64,000 bases of DNA from Bacteroidia bacterium (GTDB lineage Bacteria; Bacteroidota; Bacteroidia; Chitinophagales; JAUHXS01): positions 16,629 to 80,628 of the forward strand of contig JAUHXS010000012.1 of assembly GCA_030426955.1 (NCBI GenBank), given 5' to 3'. Under the pieces are notes generated by a model, which was not told the DNA's origin, ran no database searches, and saw only the letters and a program-made list of their open reading frames with translations. The position numbers and the translations under genes are program-made. This document shows, piece by piece, positions 8,197 to 18,020 of this stretch; position 1 is the stretch's first letter, and each line of letters opens with the position of its first letter.

Positions 8197-11100
8197 TTAA
8201 TTCAATATTTGAAACTTGCTGTTAATGTAATGTCCAGATTCAAGCTCAACTTGAATTAAATAGATCCCTGTAGTATAACCTTTTGTATCCAATTTCAATT
8301 GATTATGGCGAGCAACTTTTTGTTCAAAAATTACTTTTCCGTGAATGTCTTTAACGGTAAGTGATTTAACAACTTCTTTGTCAGATGATACGACTAGAAA
8401 GTCTTTCGCTGGATTGGGGTGTATTGTAACTTCATATAGTAGCATAGGGTTTATATTTAAAGGAAAAATGGTTGTCGTATCTGAGGAAGCACCAACTACT
8501 TTTTGTTGCTCTTCATGGTCAATCATTTCAACATTGCAAAATTCAAAACTCAACTGCTCTTGCTGAGTAACCTTGCCATCCAGATTGTCTGTGATGAAGA
8601 AACTTAATACTCCAATATCTCCATATCCGCTTGCATCCATGCCATTGATTCTACTTAAGCCTATTTCGATTTGACCATCTTCATGAAAATCTTCAAATAT
8701 GCTGATCGCATTGGTATCATTTGCCAACCATGATTCTGACAACTCAAAGCCCATAGAATTTCTCTTGATTAAGCTGTTATTGTAACTCAAGCAAAATGCC
8801 AATCCGTACACATCTGATGCCTCCAATATTTCTGTTCCTAAATTTATATGTGCTTCAACATAGGTTCCAGTTTCTAATAAGCTTTGCTCAAATACAACTT
8901 GTAATTTGGGATCATCTTCAGAAGCATTGAACGTATTATTTCCTTTGCTATGCGTTTTGCCATAGTTTAGTCCTATAGGCAACAAATCCAATGCATTTAT
9001 AATACTATCACCAGTACAGTCTGCATATTTGTAATTTAGCCCATTTCTGAAAGTATCTTCCCAATCATCTGCATATTGTCCTTCCCAATCTGAAGAGGCA
9101 TTTACTCTAGCAGCACCTGTCTTTCCATAAGCAATACCGATAGGCAAGATGTCCCAAACATTAGCCACACCATTATTATTGGCATCTCCAGGCCATACAC
9201 ATGCTTCTAAATCACAATCTACTGGAGAAACTGTTTTGCAAATCGTACTATCTCCACAAGAATCTGATACGGTTAAACACACTATATAATCCCCTCCAGA
9301 ATCATACTCATGAATCGGATTTAAAAGTTGTGAAGAAAACCCGTCACCAAAATCCCATGAATGAGAAATGCCGACATCTCCTGTTGAAATGTTGGAAAAG
9401 CTTACTAAACGAGTATTTATCTGATATGTAAAATTGGCTACTGGCAAATTGCAATTGATAGAAACAAGTGAACAAAAAGTACTATCCCCACAAGAATCAG
9501 ATACGGTCAAGCAGGCGGTATAATCTTCTAATGAGTCATAAGTATGCACTGGATTTTCTAAGGTTGATAGTGTACCATCTCCAAAATCCCATAAATAAGC
9601 AATGCTAGAATCTCCTGTTGAAGTATTGGAAAAGGTAACGATACGATTATTTACCTGATTTGTAAAACTAGCCACCGGAGGATTGCAGTCTATACTAATA
9701 AGTGAACAAAAAGTACTATCCCCACAAGAATCAGATACGGTCAAGCATACGGCATAATCTCCTAATGAGTCATAAGTATGCACTGGATTTTCTAAGGTTG
9801 ATAATGTTCCATCCCCAAGATTCCATAAATAAGCAATGCTAGAATCTCCTGTTGAAGTATTGGAAAAGGTAACAATACGATTATCTACCTGATAATTATA
9901 ATTGGCAATTGGAAGCGTGCAATTCTCTACCGATACAATTTTGCAGATTGTACTATCTCCGCAGATATCCGATACTGTTAAACAGACATCATAACTTCCT
10001 GATGAGTCAAAAACGTGATTGGGATTTTTCAAGGTTGATAAAAAGCCGTCTCCGAAATCCCATAAATAATTACCATTGGAATCTATGGATGTATTGCTAA
10101 AGTTAACAGCAAGATCCTCAATTGTAAAATCAAAGTTGGCAATTGGATTGTTACAAAAATCACCATACAGTGCTTGAACCTCCTCTTCGCTTAAAGCACA
10201 ACCAAATATTTTCACATCGTCTATTTTACCATTGAACGGAGAATCATTATTCCTTCCCCAACCAATTGAAGCATAGTTCTTTCCACTTGCCGAATGACTA
10301 TTATTCAAATTAGTAGTAGAATCTTTCAGCACTCCATTTAGATAATATTTTGCTGATGTGCCTCCTACTGTAATCACAAAATGATTCCAGGTTTTCTCTA
10401 TCACTTCATAATCTCTGATATTTGATGCATCTCCCAAGCGAATTCTCAAATTTTTCTGTCCAGAAATTTCTCTAACGAATATATCTGTTTGAGCATTTTC
10501 AATATTAGCGTGATCTGATTCATAAATCACTCCTGCTGTAGATTGGATAGTATCAGCATTAAACCAAATGCTTATACTTCTTGTAGAAAGATCAAAATCT
10601 GACGGTAAATCAATACCATTATTTATACCATCAAAATTATAGGCACTATTTATATTGCCAAAACGATCGGCTGTTAAAGTAGCTCCATTCACTATGCCAT
10701 GATAGTCATTACCCGATGAGTCATTTGCATTACCCGTAAATGGGTAATCAGCTATTGGACTACTACAGAATTCCCCATACAATGTTTGAATGTCTTCTCC
10801 ACTTAATGCACAGCTAAATATCTTAACGTCATCTATTGCTCCATTAAAATAACGATCTAACATCCTTGAGCATCCTATTTTGGCTAGACCATTGCCATCA
10901 GCTAAGGAGCTACCTGAAGGTGCATTTTTAGTTTCTATTAATTCTCCATCCAAATAAAATCTTGCAGAATCACTCACTGAAATTGTTGCCATATGCCAAG
11001 AGCCTTCTGTAATAGGTATTGTAATAGTTACAACACCTGCTTGACCTCCTCCTCCCATTTCTAGGCTATCATTGCCCCCAGACTCAAAAACATACATACC

Positions 11101-11475
11101 TAAACCATAGTTTATAAGTCCTGGATTATCGGATGAGTAGATAACCCCCAATGTACTTGTTATATTGTCTGGTCTAAACCAGATATTTACTGTCTGTTCT
11201 GGAATGTCAAAACCATTAGCAAGTTCTATGTAGTCATTTACGCCATCAAAATCATAAGCACTATTGTCAACTCCCAATCGATCTGTCGTCAGCACTGCTC
11301 CGTTTACCGTGCCGTGATTACTATTGCCAGATATGTCATTGGCATTGCCCGTAAATGGGTAGTCGGCTATAGGATTAACTGTATCAGCATTTGCACTAAA
11401 AACAAATAAAAATATAATGAGAGCGCCTATTATTACCTTATTTATCTTACTCATAGCCGTAAATCTATACACCAT
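8197..11475 (-). CDS. Large secreted protein with two LamG/ConA-like domains, four PKD-like repeats, a dockerin-like and a cohesin-like segment, and a T9SS type A C-terminal sorting domain
   Basis: Signal peptide; duplicated PIADYPFTGNANDxSGN..HG.VNGA.LT.DR.G (LamG-like); four ~78-aa PKD-like repeats (WDFGDG..S....NP.H.YDS.GDY..CLTVSD.CGDST.C); Por-secretion-tail-like C-terminus ...IHPNPAKDFLVVSS...GIYLIQVE...KFQILN. Confidence 0.65.
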   Translation of the reverse strand: MVYRFTAMSKINKVIIGALIIFLFVFSANADTVNPIADYPFTGNANDISGNSNHGTVNGAVLTTDRLGVDNSAYDFDGVNDYIELANGFDIPEQTVNIWFRPDNITSTLGVIYSSDNPGLINYGLGMYVFESGGNDSLEMGGGGQAGVVTITIPITEGSWHMATISVSDSARFYLDGELIETKNAPSGSSLADGNGLAKIGCSRMLDRYFNGAIDDVKIFSCALSGEDIQTLYGEFCSSPIADYPFTGNANDSSGNDYHGIVNGATLTADRFGNINSAYNFDGINNGIDLPSDFDLSTRSISIWFNADTIQSTAGVIYESDHANIENAQTDIFVREISGQKNLRIRLGDASNIRDYEVIEKTWNHFVITVGGTSAKYYLNGVLKDSTTNLNNSHSASGKNYASIGWGRNNDSPFNGKIDDVKIFGCALSEEEVQALYGDFCNNPIANFDFTIEDLAVNFSNTSIDSNGNYLWDFGDGFLSTLKNPNHVFDSSGSYDVCLTVSDICGDSTICKIVSVENCTLPIANYNYQVDNRIVTFSNTSTGDSSIAYLWNLGDGTLSTLENPVHTYDSLGDYAVCLTVSDSCGDSTFCSLISIDCNPPVASFTNQVNNRIVTFSNTSTGDSSIAYLWDFGDGTLSTLENPVHTYDSLEDYTACLTVSDSCGDSTFCSLVSINCNLPVANFTYQINTRLVSFSNISTGDVGISHSWDFGDGFSSQLLNPIHEYDSGGDYIVCLTVSDSCGDSTICKTVSPVDCDLEACVWPGDANNNGVANVWDILPIGIAYGKTGAARVNASSDWEGQYADDWEDTFRNGLNYKYADCTGDSIINALDLLPIGLNYGKTHSKGNNTFNASEDDPKLQVVFEQSLLETGTYVEAHINLGTEILEASDVYGLAFCLSYNNSLIKRNSMGFELSESWLANDTNAISIFEDFHEDGQIEIGLSRINGMDASGYGDIGVLSFFITDNLDGKVTQQEQLSFEFCNVEMIDHEEQQKVVGASSDTTTIFPLNINPMLLYEVTIHPNPAKDFLVVSSDKEVVKSLTVKDIHGKVIFEQKVARHNQLKLDTKGYTTGIYLIQVELESGHYINSKFQILN
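9190..10130 (-). repeat. Tandem ~234-bp coding repeats (PKD-domain units); the two central copies are near-identical at the DNA level
   Basis: Period 234 bp, measured between agtgaacaaaaagtactatcccc at 9467 and 9701. The central copies differ by only a few substitutions. Confidence 0.7.
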
Positions 11476-11660
11476 TTTAATATTTTACCACACCAAAGAT
11501 ACCACCGATTATAGATCTATTCAAGTACAAAAATATATCAATGTACGAACCTAAAATGCATTATGAAATAACAAGTAGATATAAATCAATTGATTATAGT
11601 AAAAAAATGTTAAAAGTGTACATTTTTAGGATATAATTCTATTTTTACATTATAAATTTT

Positions 11661-13085
11661 TTGACTATGATCAATAATAAATTTATTCAACTGATATTAA
11701 GTTTATCCAGCTTTGAAAAAAAGCAATTATTACTATTTTTCCAATCTCCATTTTACAACAAAAAGAATGAATACATTGCGTGTTTAGAGTTTTTTTTAGA
11801 CATGACTTCCCAAAGTCAATACTCCACCGACCTCACTAAGCAAAAAACTTGGGCGTATGTTTTCCCCAAAAAGCCCTTTAGCGATCTAAAATTCAGAAGA
11901 TTATTATCTGATATGTATAAGCTTGCAGAAGAATTCATGAAGGCGTACCATTTTAAGCAACATATTATAAAAGGTCAAAGTGCCCTGCTGCATGAATATA
12001 ATGAGCGATCACTGAACAAATTGACTCCGCAAGTGATCTCTAATACGAAAAAGGAATACGAGCGGTACGCGCATAGGGACTCCCTCTTCTATCAGGAACA
12101 ATACTATACAGAAGTCGAAATAAACAAGCACTTACAGCAAGAAAGCCAGCGTTCTGGCAACAATAATTTAAAACAAGCCACAAGAGCATTAGATACTTTT
12201 TTCATTCTAAATAAATTGAAACTTTATTGTGAATACATTAATTATCAAAAAGTTATCAGCCTAAAGTATGATATTTTCCTTATAGATGAAATTCTATTAC
12301 ACCTCAAGCAAGTTAGCCACTCGCATATTCCTGCCATCGAAATCTATTATAATATATTATTAACGCTTACTGATCCTGATGATAGAAAGCATTTTGACCT
12401 GTTAAAAAAGCTTCTTGTTGCTCATATCAACTTATTTGAATTGTCTGAACAAAGGATTATGTATGGCTATGCTCAAAACTATTGTATTCGAATGGTAAAC
12501 AAGGGTGACGTAATATTTTTAAAAGAGCTATTTGACATTTTTAAAGAAGTTCTAGATAAAAAAGTCATATTAAATAAAGGTACTATATCGCCTTGGGATT
12601 ATAAAAACATTACCTCGACTGGCTTACGATTGCAAGAATACGATTGGGTATCATCCTTCATTGCCGACTATAAAGCCAAACTTCCTGAACTCTTTAGGCA
12701 AAATGCCTACACTTACAATTGGGCAAGGTATAATTTCTATGTAAAAAACTATGATGAGGTCATGAAACAGCTTCAAAATGTAACTTATGAAGATGTATTT
12801 TATAACCTCGACTCCAAAGCCATGCTATTGAAAACCTATTATGAATTAGGCGAATCTGAGGCATTATCAAGCTTACTCAGTTCATTTAAGATTTTTCTAC
12901 ATCGAAATAAGTTAGTTTCTGAGCACCATAGAACCAACTATGTCAATTTTATGATCATACTGAAAAGACTCTACTTCAAGACGCGAGGTAAAGCTCAGCT
13001 AAACAGAATAAAAGATGAGCTCAAAAACACACATCATATTGCAGATGCTAACTGGTTGATGGAAAAGATTAAGGAGAAGTTTTAG
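11661..13085 (+). CDS. Hypothetical protein (474 aa, orphan-like)
   Basis: Long uninterrupted ORF; the only motifs noticed are helical/TPR-like segments. Gene is AT-rich. Confidence 0.35.
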   Translation: MTMINNKFIQLILSLSSFEKKQLLLFFQSPFYNKKNEYIACLEFFLDMTSQSQYSTDLTKQKTWAYVFPKKPFSDLKFRRLLSDMYKLAEEFMKAYHFKQHIIKGQSALLHEYNERSLNKLTPQVISNTKKEYERYAHRDSLFYQEQYYTEVEINKHLQQESQRSGNNNLKQATRALDTFFILNKLKLYCEYINYQKVISLKYDIFLIDEILLHLKQVSHSHIPAIEIYYNILLTLTDPDDRKHFDLLKKLLVAHINLFELSEQRIMYGYAQNYCIRMVNKGDVIFLKELFDIFKEVLDKKVILNKGTISPWDYKNITSTGLRLQEYDWVSSFIADYKAKLPELFRQNAYTYNWARYNFYVKNYDEVMKQLQNVTYEDVFYNLDSKAMLLKTYYELGESEALSSLLSSFKIFLHRNKLVSEHHRTNYVNFMIILKRLYFKTRGKAQLNRIKDELKNTHHIADANWLMEKIKEKF

Positions 13086-13191
13086 ATTAAAAGATTAGAA
13101 AATTTGGAGATGAGGTATTAGGGACAAGGGGTAAGGAAATAGGGAACATTCTAGGTCTATTTTCTATTCACTAATAACGAGCTACTAATTA

Positions 13192-13764
13192 CTATAAATA
13201 AAACCCAGCTTTTTCAATATAGTCTTTTACCTTATCAGCCACTAGATACTGGATAGAGCTATCCTTTTTAATAGCATCTCGAATGAAACTGGATGAGATG
13301 TTTAATAAAGGCACATCAAAAGACCGAACATTTTTGTGGTTGGCAAACTGTCCATCGTCATACTGAGGTCTGTTATATAAGTATATTTTATGATTTTCTA
13401 TGATTTGCTCGTAGTTTTTCCATTTATGTAGCGTCCTCAAGTTATCAGAACCCATTATCAAAGCAAACTTTTTATTCGGATATTTTTCATTCAAGTAAGC
13501 TAATGTATGTGTCGTATAAGATGGCTTGGGTAAGTCAAACTCAATGTTAGAAACTCTTAACTGATCATTTCCCTCTATTGCAAGTTCTACTAGATGCAAA
13601 CGATCATACTCATTGAGTAAACTATCCTTTTGCTTTAATGGGTTGTGTGGAGAAACGACTAACCAAACCTCGTCTAGATCTGTGAAATCCGCCATATAGT
13701 TGGCAATAATCAAATGACCAACATGAATCGGGTTAAAAGTCCCGAAAAAAAGACCAATATTCAT
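13192..13764 (-). CDS. nadD: Nicotinate-nucleotide adenylyltransferase
   Basis: 190 aa; the N-terminal GLFFGTFNPIHVGHLIIA (HxGH nucleotidyltransferase motif) is typical of NadD. Confidence 0.85.
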   Translation of the reverse strand: MNIGLFFGTFNPIHVGHLIIANYMADFTDLDEVWLVVSPHNPLKQKDSLLNEYDRLHLVELAIEGNDQLRVSNIEFDLPKPSYTTHTLAYLNEKYPNKKFALIMGSDNLRTLHKWKNYEQIIENHKIYLYNRPQYDDGQFANHKNVRSFDVPLLNISSSFIRDAIKKDSSIQYLVADKVKDYIEKAGFYL

Positions 13765-13770
13765 TCTAAC

Positions 13771-14454
13771 TTAGAAGATAATGCCTATCCTTAAAGCCAG
13801 GTAGTTGCCCACTACCTTTCCATCTAGCCCCGTAGCCTTTTGGGTTTTAATAGCATCTGTTATGCCATTGTTAAAGAAAAGTCCACCCACAAAAGAAGTA
13901 TTACCCCCTAAAGCGTATTCAACACCAGCACCAGCTTCCCAGCCCAAGTTTATAAATCGTACATCATCTTTTATCTTTTCTTCGGTTTTTCCTGCTCCTC
14001 CTGCAGCAACAACATCACCTGTAGCCCTAAGATTCACCCTAGCCAATCCACTAATCTGGGCAAAGTAAGTCATGTATCCGATTTGGTTTGTCTTCAGCTT
14101 TAGCCCAACAGGAATTTCTAAATTCTGAATTTTATACTTGATCTCCGATCCGTTTGGAAATGTATCGGTTGGAAAGCTTTCGGGCAAGATCACACCACCA
14201 TTATCATATTTCACAACACCCCCTGTTTGTGAGATAGTAATTGCTGTGGCAAAAGCATAGTTGTCTGCAAAATCATAATCAAAAAGCAAACCATAGTTGA
14301 ACCCTGCCTTTACCGAGGTAGAAGATAGCTCTTTAACATTAATGGGCTTCATCCAAGACAAAGTAGGATCAAAGTGCAATCCAAATCGAAAATCACCAGC
14401 TTGAGCTACGATTGTAATAATTGAGAAAAAAATCAATAATCTTAATGCCTTCAT
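13771..14454 (-). CDS. Small outer-membrane beta-barrel protein
   Basis: Signal peptide, alternating hydrophobic beta-strand pattern, C-terminal ...LRIGIIF with terminal Phe. Confidence 0.5.
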   Translation of the reverse strand: MKALRLLIFFSIITIVAQAGDFRFGLHFDPTLSWMKPINVKELSSTSVKAGFNYGLLFDYDFADNYAFATAITISQTGGVVKYDNGGVILPESFPTDTFPNGSEIKYKIQNLEIPVGLKLKTNQIGYMTYFAQISGLARVNLRATGDVVAAGGAGKTEEKIKDDVRFINLGWEAGAGVEYALGGNTSFVGGLFFNNGITDAIKTQKATGLDGKVVGNYLALRIGIIF

Positions 14455-14536
14455 TATACTGCTTTTAAATTTTGCAATGATAAAAGTAAAAGAATGATCT
14501 TATAACTTATAACTTTATAACCATAAGATAACAAAT

Positions 14537-15589
14537 ATGGCTAAAAAATCAACAACTAGAAAGACCCACTCTTCTTTTTTCATTACAATCGTTCTGCTTA
14601 CTAGCTTTTTTACTGCTTGCAGTGGGTTAGATAATAAAAAGCATATAGATGTTTCTCAGATCAACATCTCATTTGATATTATAAGATTTGAGCAGATCTT
14701 TTTTAACATTGATACTTCTAATTTAAAGTCATCATTAGAGGCTCTAAAGTCTCAATACCCTGATTTCTACGATCTTTATGTCAATGACATTATGGAGTTT
14801 AAGAATAAGCGCGATTCTTCTAGTCAGTATATTCGGGAAATAAAGCGTTTTCTGGGCAATGAGGCTATTCAAGGTTTATATGTCGAAAGCCAAAAACTGT
14901 ATGGCGACTTTTCTGAAATAGAGTCAGAGCTTACCGATGGCTTCAAGCATTTAAAGTACTATTTTCCTGAAAGACAAATACCGAAAGTTATTACCTTTTT
15001 ATCTGAATTTGCCTATGGTAACATTACTTACGAAAACATGATTGCTATTGGGTTAGACTTTTATCTAGGTAAAGATTACAAGTATTATCCTGCTATCGGT
15101 TTTCCACAATTTATTATTAGAAGACTGGAAAAGCAATATATCGCTAGAGATGCGATGCAAAATATAGCTCAAGATATGTTTCCAGAAGACAACCGTCAAA
15201 AAAGACTAATTGACAAGATGATCTATCGAGGAAAAATTGCTTATCTAGTAGATTTTTTACTACCCGATGTGGAGGATTCTATTAAGCTTAACTATTCTTC
15301 AAAACACTTAAAATGGCTAGAGACCAATGAAACAGAGATGTGGACTTTTTTCTTGAAACATGAATTATTATTTGAGACAGAAAATAGAGAAGTCCGAAAG
15401 TTTATTAGCGAAGCTCCAAATACTCCTGGAATGCCGAGTGATGCCCCTGGTAATGTTGGGACATGGGTAGGTTGGCAAATCGTGAAAAAATTTATGGAAA
15501 TACATCCTGAAATGAAGTTACAAGATTTGATGAATGAAAATGATGCTCAAAAAATCTTAACAGAATCAAGATATAAACCGTTAAGGTAA
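14537..15589 (+). CDS. gldB: Putative gliding-motility lipoprotein GldB
   Basis: 350-aa lipoprotein (lipobox FTAC) directly followed by a ~115-aa soluble protein. Size and pairing match the gldB-gldC operon described in Flavobacterium johnsoniae. The call is by recollection of the family, not by alignment. Confidence 0.5.
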   Translation: MAKKSTTRKTHSSFFITIVLLTSFFTACSGLDNKKHIDVSQINISFDIIRFEQIFFNIDTSNLKSSLEALKSQYPDFYDLYVNDIMEFKNKRDSSSQYIREIKRFLGNEAIQGLYVESQKLYGDFSEIESELTDGFKHLKYYFPERQIPKVITFLSEFAYGNITYENMIAIGLDFYLGKDYKYYPAIGFPQFIIRRLEKQYIARDAMQNIAQDMFPEDNRQKRLIDKMIYRGKIAYLVDFLLPDVEDSIKLNYSSKHLKWLETNETEMWTFFLKHELLFETENREVRKFISEAPNTPGMPSDAPGNVGTWVGWQIVKKFMEIHPEMKLQDLMNENDAQKILTESRYKPLR

Positions 15590-15600
15590 TTACGATTGAT

Positions 15601-15637
15601 GAATTTGGAGTTACGAATTATTCGTCATTCCAAATTC
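15601..15637 (+). promoter_or_regulatory. Imperfect 18-bp inverted repeat (hairpin) between gldB and gldC
   Basis: gaatttggagttacgaat / attcgtcattccaaattc, 20 nt before the gldC start. Possible attenuator or processing site. Confidence 0.3.
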
Positions 15638-15656
15638 GCAACTCTAAAATTAAAAT

Positions 15657-16004
15657 ATGTCCGAAGAAAGCGCCGTATTAGATTCTATTAAAGATGATCT
15701 TGTATTTTATAAGGACACGATTAAAAGTGTTTCCGAAGAAGTTCGTAATAACGAAGTATCCAACTATCCTGTTTTTGTAGCACATAAGTCTAATCTTGAA
15801 ATTGGTCGTCCTATCCTTAGCAATGAAGAGTTTTCTGCTAACTGGAATGTCAATATCTCAACATTGGAAGAGTTTGTTGCAAAAAAATTAATTTTTCCTG
15901 GTAGAGTAGATGCGTTTAGAAAAGTTTATAAAAATCCTGATAACTTTATTTGTTTCTTTATTTTAGAAGATGACGGAGCAAATTTTGCTTTTGTGCCTTA
16001 TTGA
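15657..16004 (+). CDS. gldC: Putative gliding-motility-associated protein GldC
   Basis: 115-aa soluble protein immediately downstream of the putative gldB, in the same orientation. Confidence 0.4.
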   Translation: MSEESAVLDSIKDDLVFYKDTIKSVSEEVRNNEVSNYPVFVAHKSNLEIGRPILSNEEFSANWNVNISTLEEFVAKKLIFPGRVDAFRKVYKNPDNFICFFILEDDGANFAFVPY

Positions 16005-16069
16005 ACACCCATCTTTATAAAATGTTGACTAAATAGCAATTATGAAATTAAGATCAAAGGGAAAGTGGC

Positions 16070-17752
16070 TTACTTATTGATGACAACTTTATGGTTTTGT
16101 TGATAATCGCCAAGTTCAGTGCTTAAAAAATATATCCCATTTGGTAAATTAGAACAATTAACTTCAATTGTGCGATTTTCTTGTAAGCTAAGCCCTATGT
16201 CATTGATGTGTTTTATGATTTTACCTTGGAGATCAAGAAGCCTTAAGTCAACATCTTTGTTACCATTTGATTTATACTCTACGTAAATAGAAGCTTGGGT
16301 AGGATTGGGATATACATTTGTGAGGATAGGTGAATTAAGATCAATGTTAGATGATAATGAATATTCATATGCTCCAATATCCCAACTCTCACGTGAATTG
16401 CCCACAATATCGGTCTCACAAGAGATATGTTGAAAGTACTCAGGTGTCCTTGGTGTAAATGTAATACCTGCATTGATGGCAGGAGAGTTGCTCGATAAGG
16501 AGAGGTCTATCGAATCAATGTCAGAAGAAATGTTTTTAAACTGTGGGTCGTCCATTGTTTGACCAGCAATATTTGTGCTACCATTAAAGTATAAATTATT
16601 TGTGGCAGTAAAATTAGTGTTACCACTTCCATCATGAATCAAAACTTCTAATCCAGTATTGCCTACAGCAATATTATTAGCCATAAGTATGTCGTCAGAT
16701 AAACGTGCTTTTATACCTCCATTAATAGAGTTTCCAGGTTGCATATTATTTTCCCAAGCAGTATTGTTAATGATATCCCCTCTAGCAGATTTGTTAAAAG
16801 AAATGCCGTTAAGTCCATTTTGAAAGCAGACATTGTTTAATACTAAAATTCTTCCATAGTCGTAGCTTGTAGACAATTTAGGATCATTACACTGTGTGAT
16901 GGTGATGCCATGACCATCTACAATGGAGGTATGAAAAATTTCCCCATACCCTGACCCGCTATCTCCTTTCCCATTGTAGAAGGGTATTTCATTCCAGCAC
17001 TGAGTGGCTATATTATTCATTACGATGATTTTTGATGCGGTAGAGGTATCAATAGCAACAGCTCGATTAACTACTATTCCCTTAGTTCCTTTACTGGAAT
17101 ACCATGCACATTGACGAACCGTATTATTTTTAAACAAGATATAATCTCCTGCAGATGATTTTATGCCTGATGCCGTGCACTTTTCGACTAGGCAGTTTTC
17201 TACAATAATGTGTGTAGAGCTTTTTCTAACCCATATTCCTTCGCCGTTGTAATAGAATGGTCTGGGCATATCTAATCTGAAGTTTAATGCCTCTTCCTGT
17301 GTCACTAAGTCGGCAGATCCTTGAATGTGTAGTCCTACAATATTGATATAAGAAACACTATCGCCAATAAATCCGCCTTGCCCATCAAATTTCAATACTG
17401 GGTGATGTCCGGAAAAATTGATAAAAGTAATGGCTCCATCAATAGCATTACCAGAGTGAGTTAGCTTGACAATTGGAGGGTTAAAAAGACTATCTGGAGG
17501 CGTACCTGGTACTTTTGCTTCATTGTAATATAAGTTTCTATAGATTCCATCCATTATAAAAACAGTATCTCCAGGTAAGGTTTGGTCATGAGCAAACTGC
17601 AGTGTGAGAAAAGGTTTATTGGAGAGAGTGCCATACTCTTCGGTAAGTATATCTTTCCCATTTTCAGATGAAACATACCAGTTTGTAGCACTTGTAAGTA
17701 AATGGGAAGCCGTAAGAATAATTATTAAGACCTTTCTAAAGCAACAAAACAT
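16070..17752 (-). CDS. Secreted right-handed parallel beta-helix (pectate-lyase-like) protein with T9SS type A C-terminal sorting domain
   Basis: Signal peptide; repeated N/G-rich beta-helix rungs (NNIA.GN, NNTAWEN...); C-terminal ...NVYPNPTQASIYVEY...GIYFLSTELGDYQQNHKVVINK is Por-secretion-tail-like. Confidence 0.6.
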   Translation of the reverse strand: MFCCFRKVLIIILTASHLLTSATNWYVSSENGKDILTEEYGTLSNKPFLTLQFAHDQTLPGDTVFIMDGIYRNLYYNEAKVPGTPPDSLFNPPIVKLTHSGNAIDGAITFINFSGHHPVLKFDGQGGFIGDSVSYINIVGLHIQGSADLVTQEEALNFRLDMPRPFYYNGEGIWVRKSSTHIIVENCLVEKCTASGIKSSAGDYILFKNNTVRQCAWYSSKGTKGIVVNRAVAIDTSTASKIIVMNNIATQCWNEIPFYNGKGDSGSGYGEIFHTSIVDGHGITITQCNDPKLSTSYDYGRILVLNNVCFQNGLNGISFNKSARGDIINNTAWENNMQPGNSINGGIKARLSDDILMANNIAVGNTGLEVLIHDGSGNTNFTATNNLYFNGSTNIAGQTMDDPQFKNISSDIDSIDLSLSSNSPAINAGITFTPRTPEYFQHISCETDIVGNSRESWDIGAYEYSLSSNIDLNSPILTNVYPNPTQASIYVEYKSNGNKDVDLRLLDLQGKIIKHINDIGLSLQENRTIEVNCSNLPNGIYFLSTELGDYQQNHKVVINK

Positions 17753-17925
17753 AATGCCCTAAAGGAACACATTTCTGCTTTATGCTAAATATAATATTTC
17801 TTAAATAGTTTATAATCTGACCGTTTGATTGCCGGATTAATATATTGATTTTGATTTAATTAAAGCATTATTGTGTAATATTTCAAAGTAGAAAGAGATT
17901 TTTCTGTTGTGCTTGATCCTAATTG

Positions 17926-17965
17926 AAAAACGCTCTTCGGTGTTACATCGAAGAGCGTTTTCAAC
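17926..17965 (-). terminator. Bidirectional rho-independent terminator after nrdJ
   Basis: Perfect 13-bp stem aaaacgctcttcg/cgaagagcgtttt with A/T runs on both sides, about 60 nt downstream of the nrdJ stop. Confidence 0.6.
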
Positions 17966-18020
17966 TATTAATTAACTAAAACAATACTCACCTAAACTGT
18001 AGCAAAGGCGAGTTGAAAGC

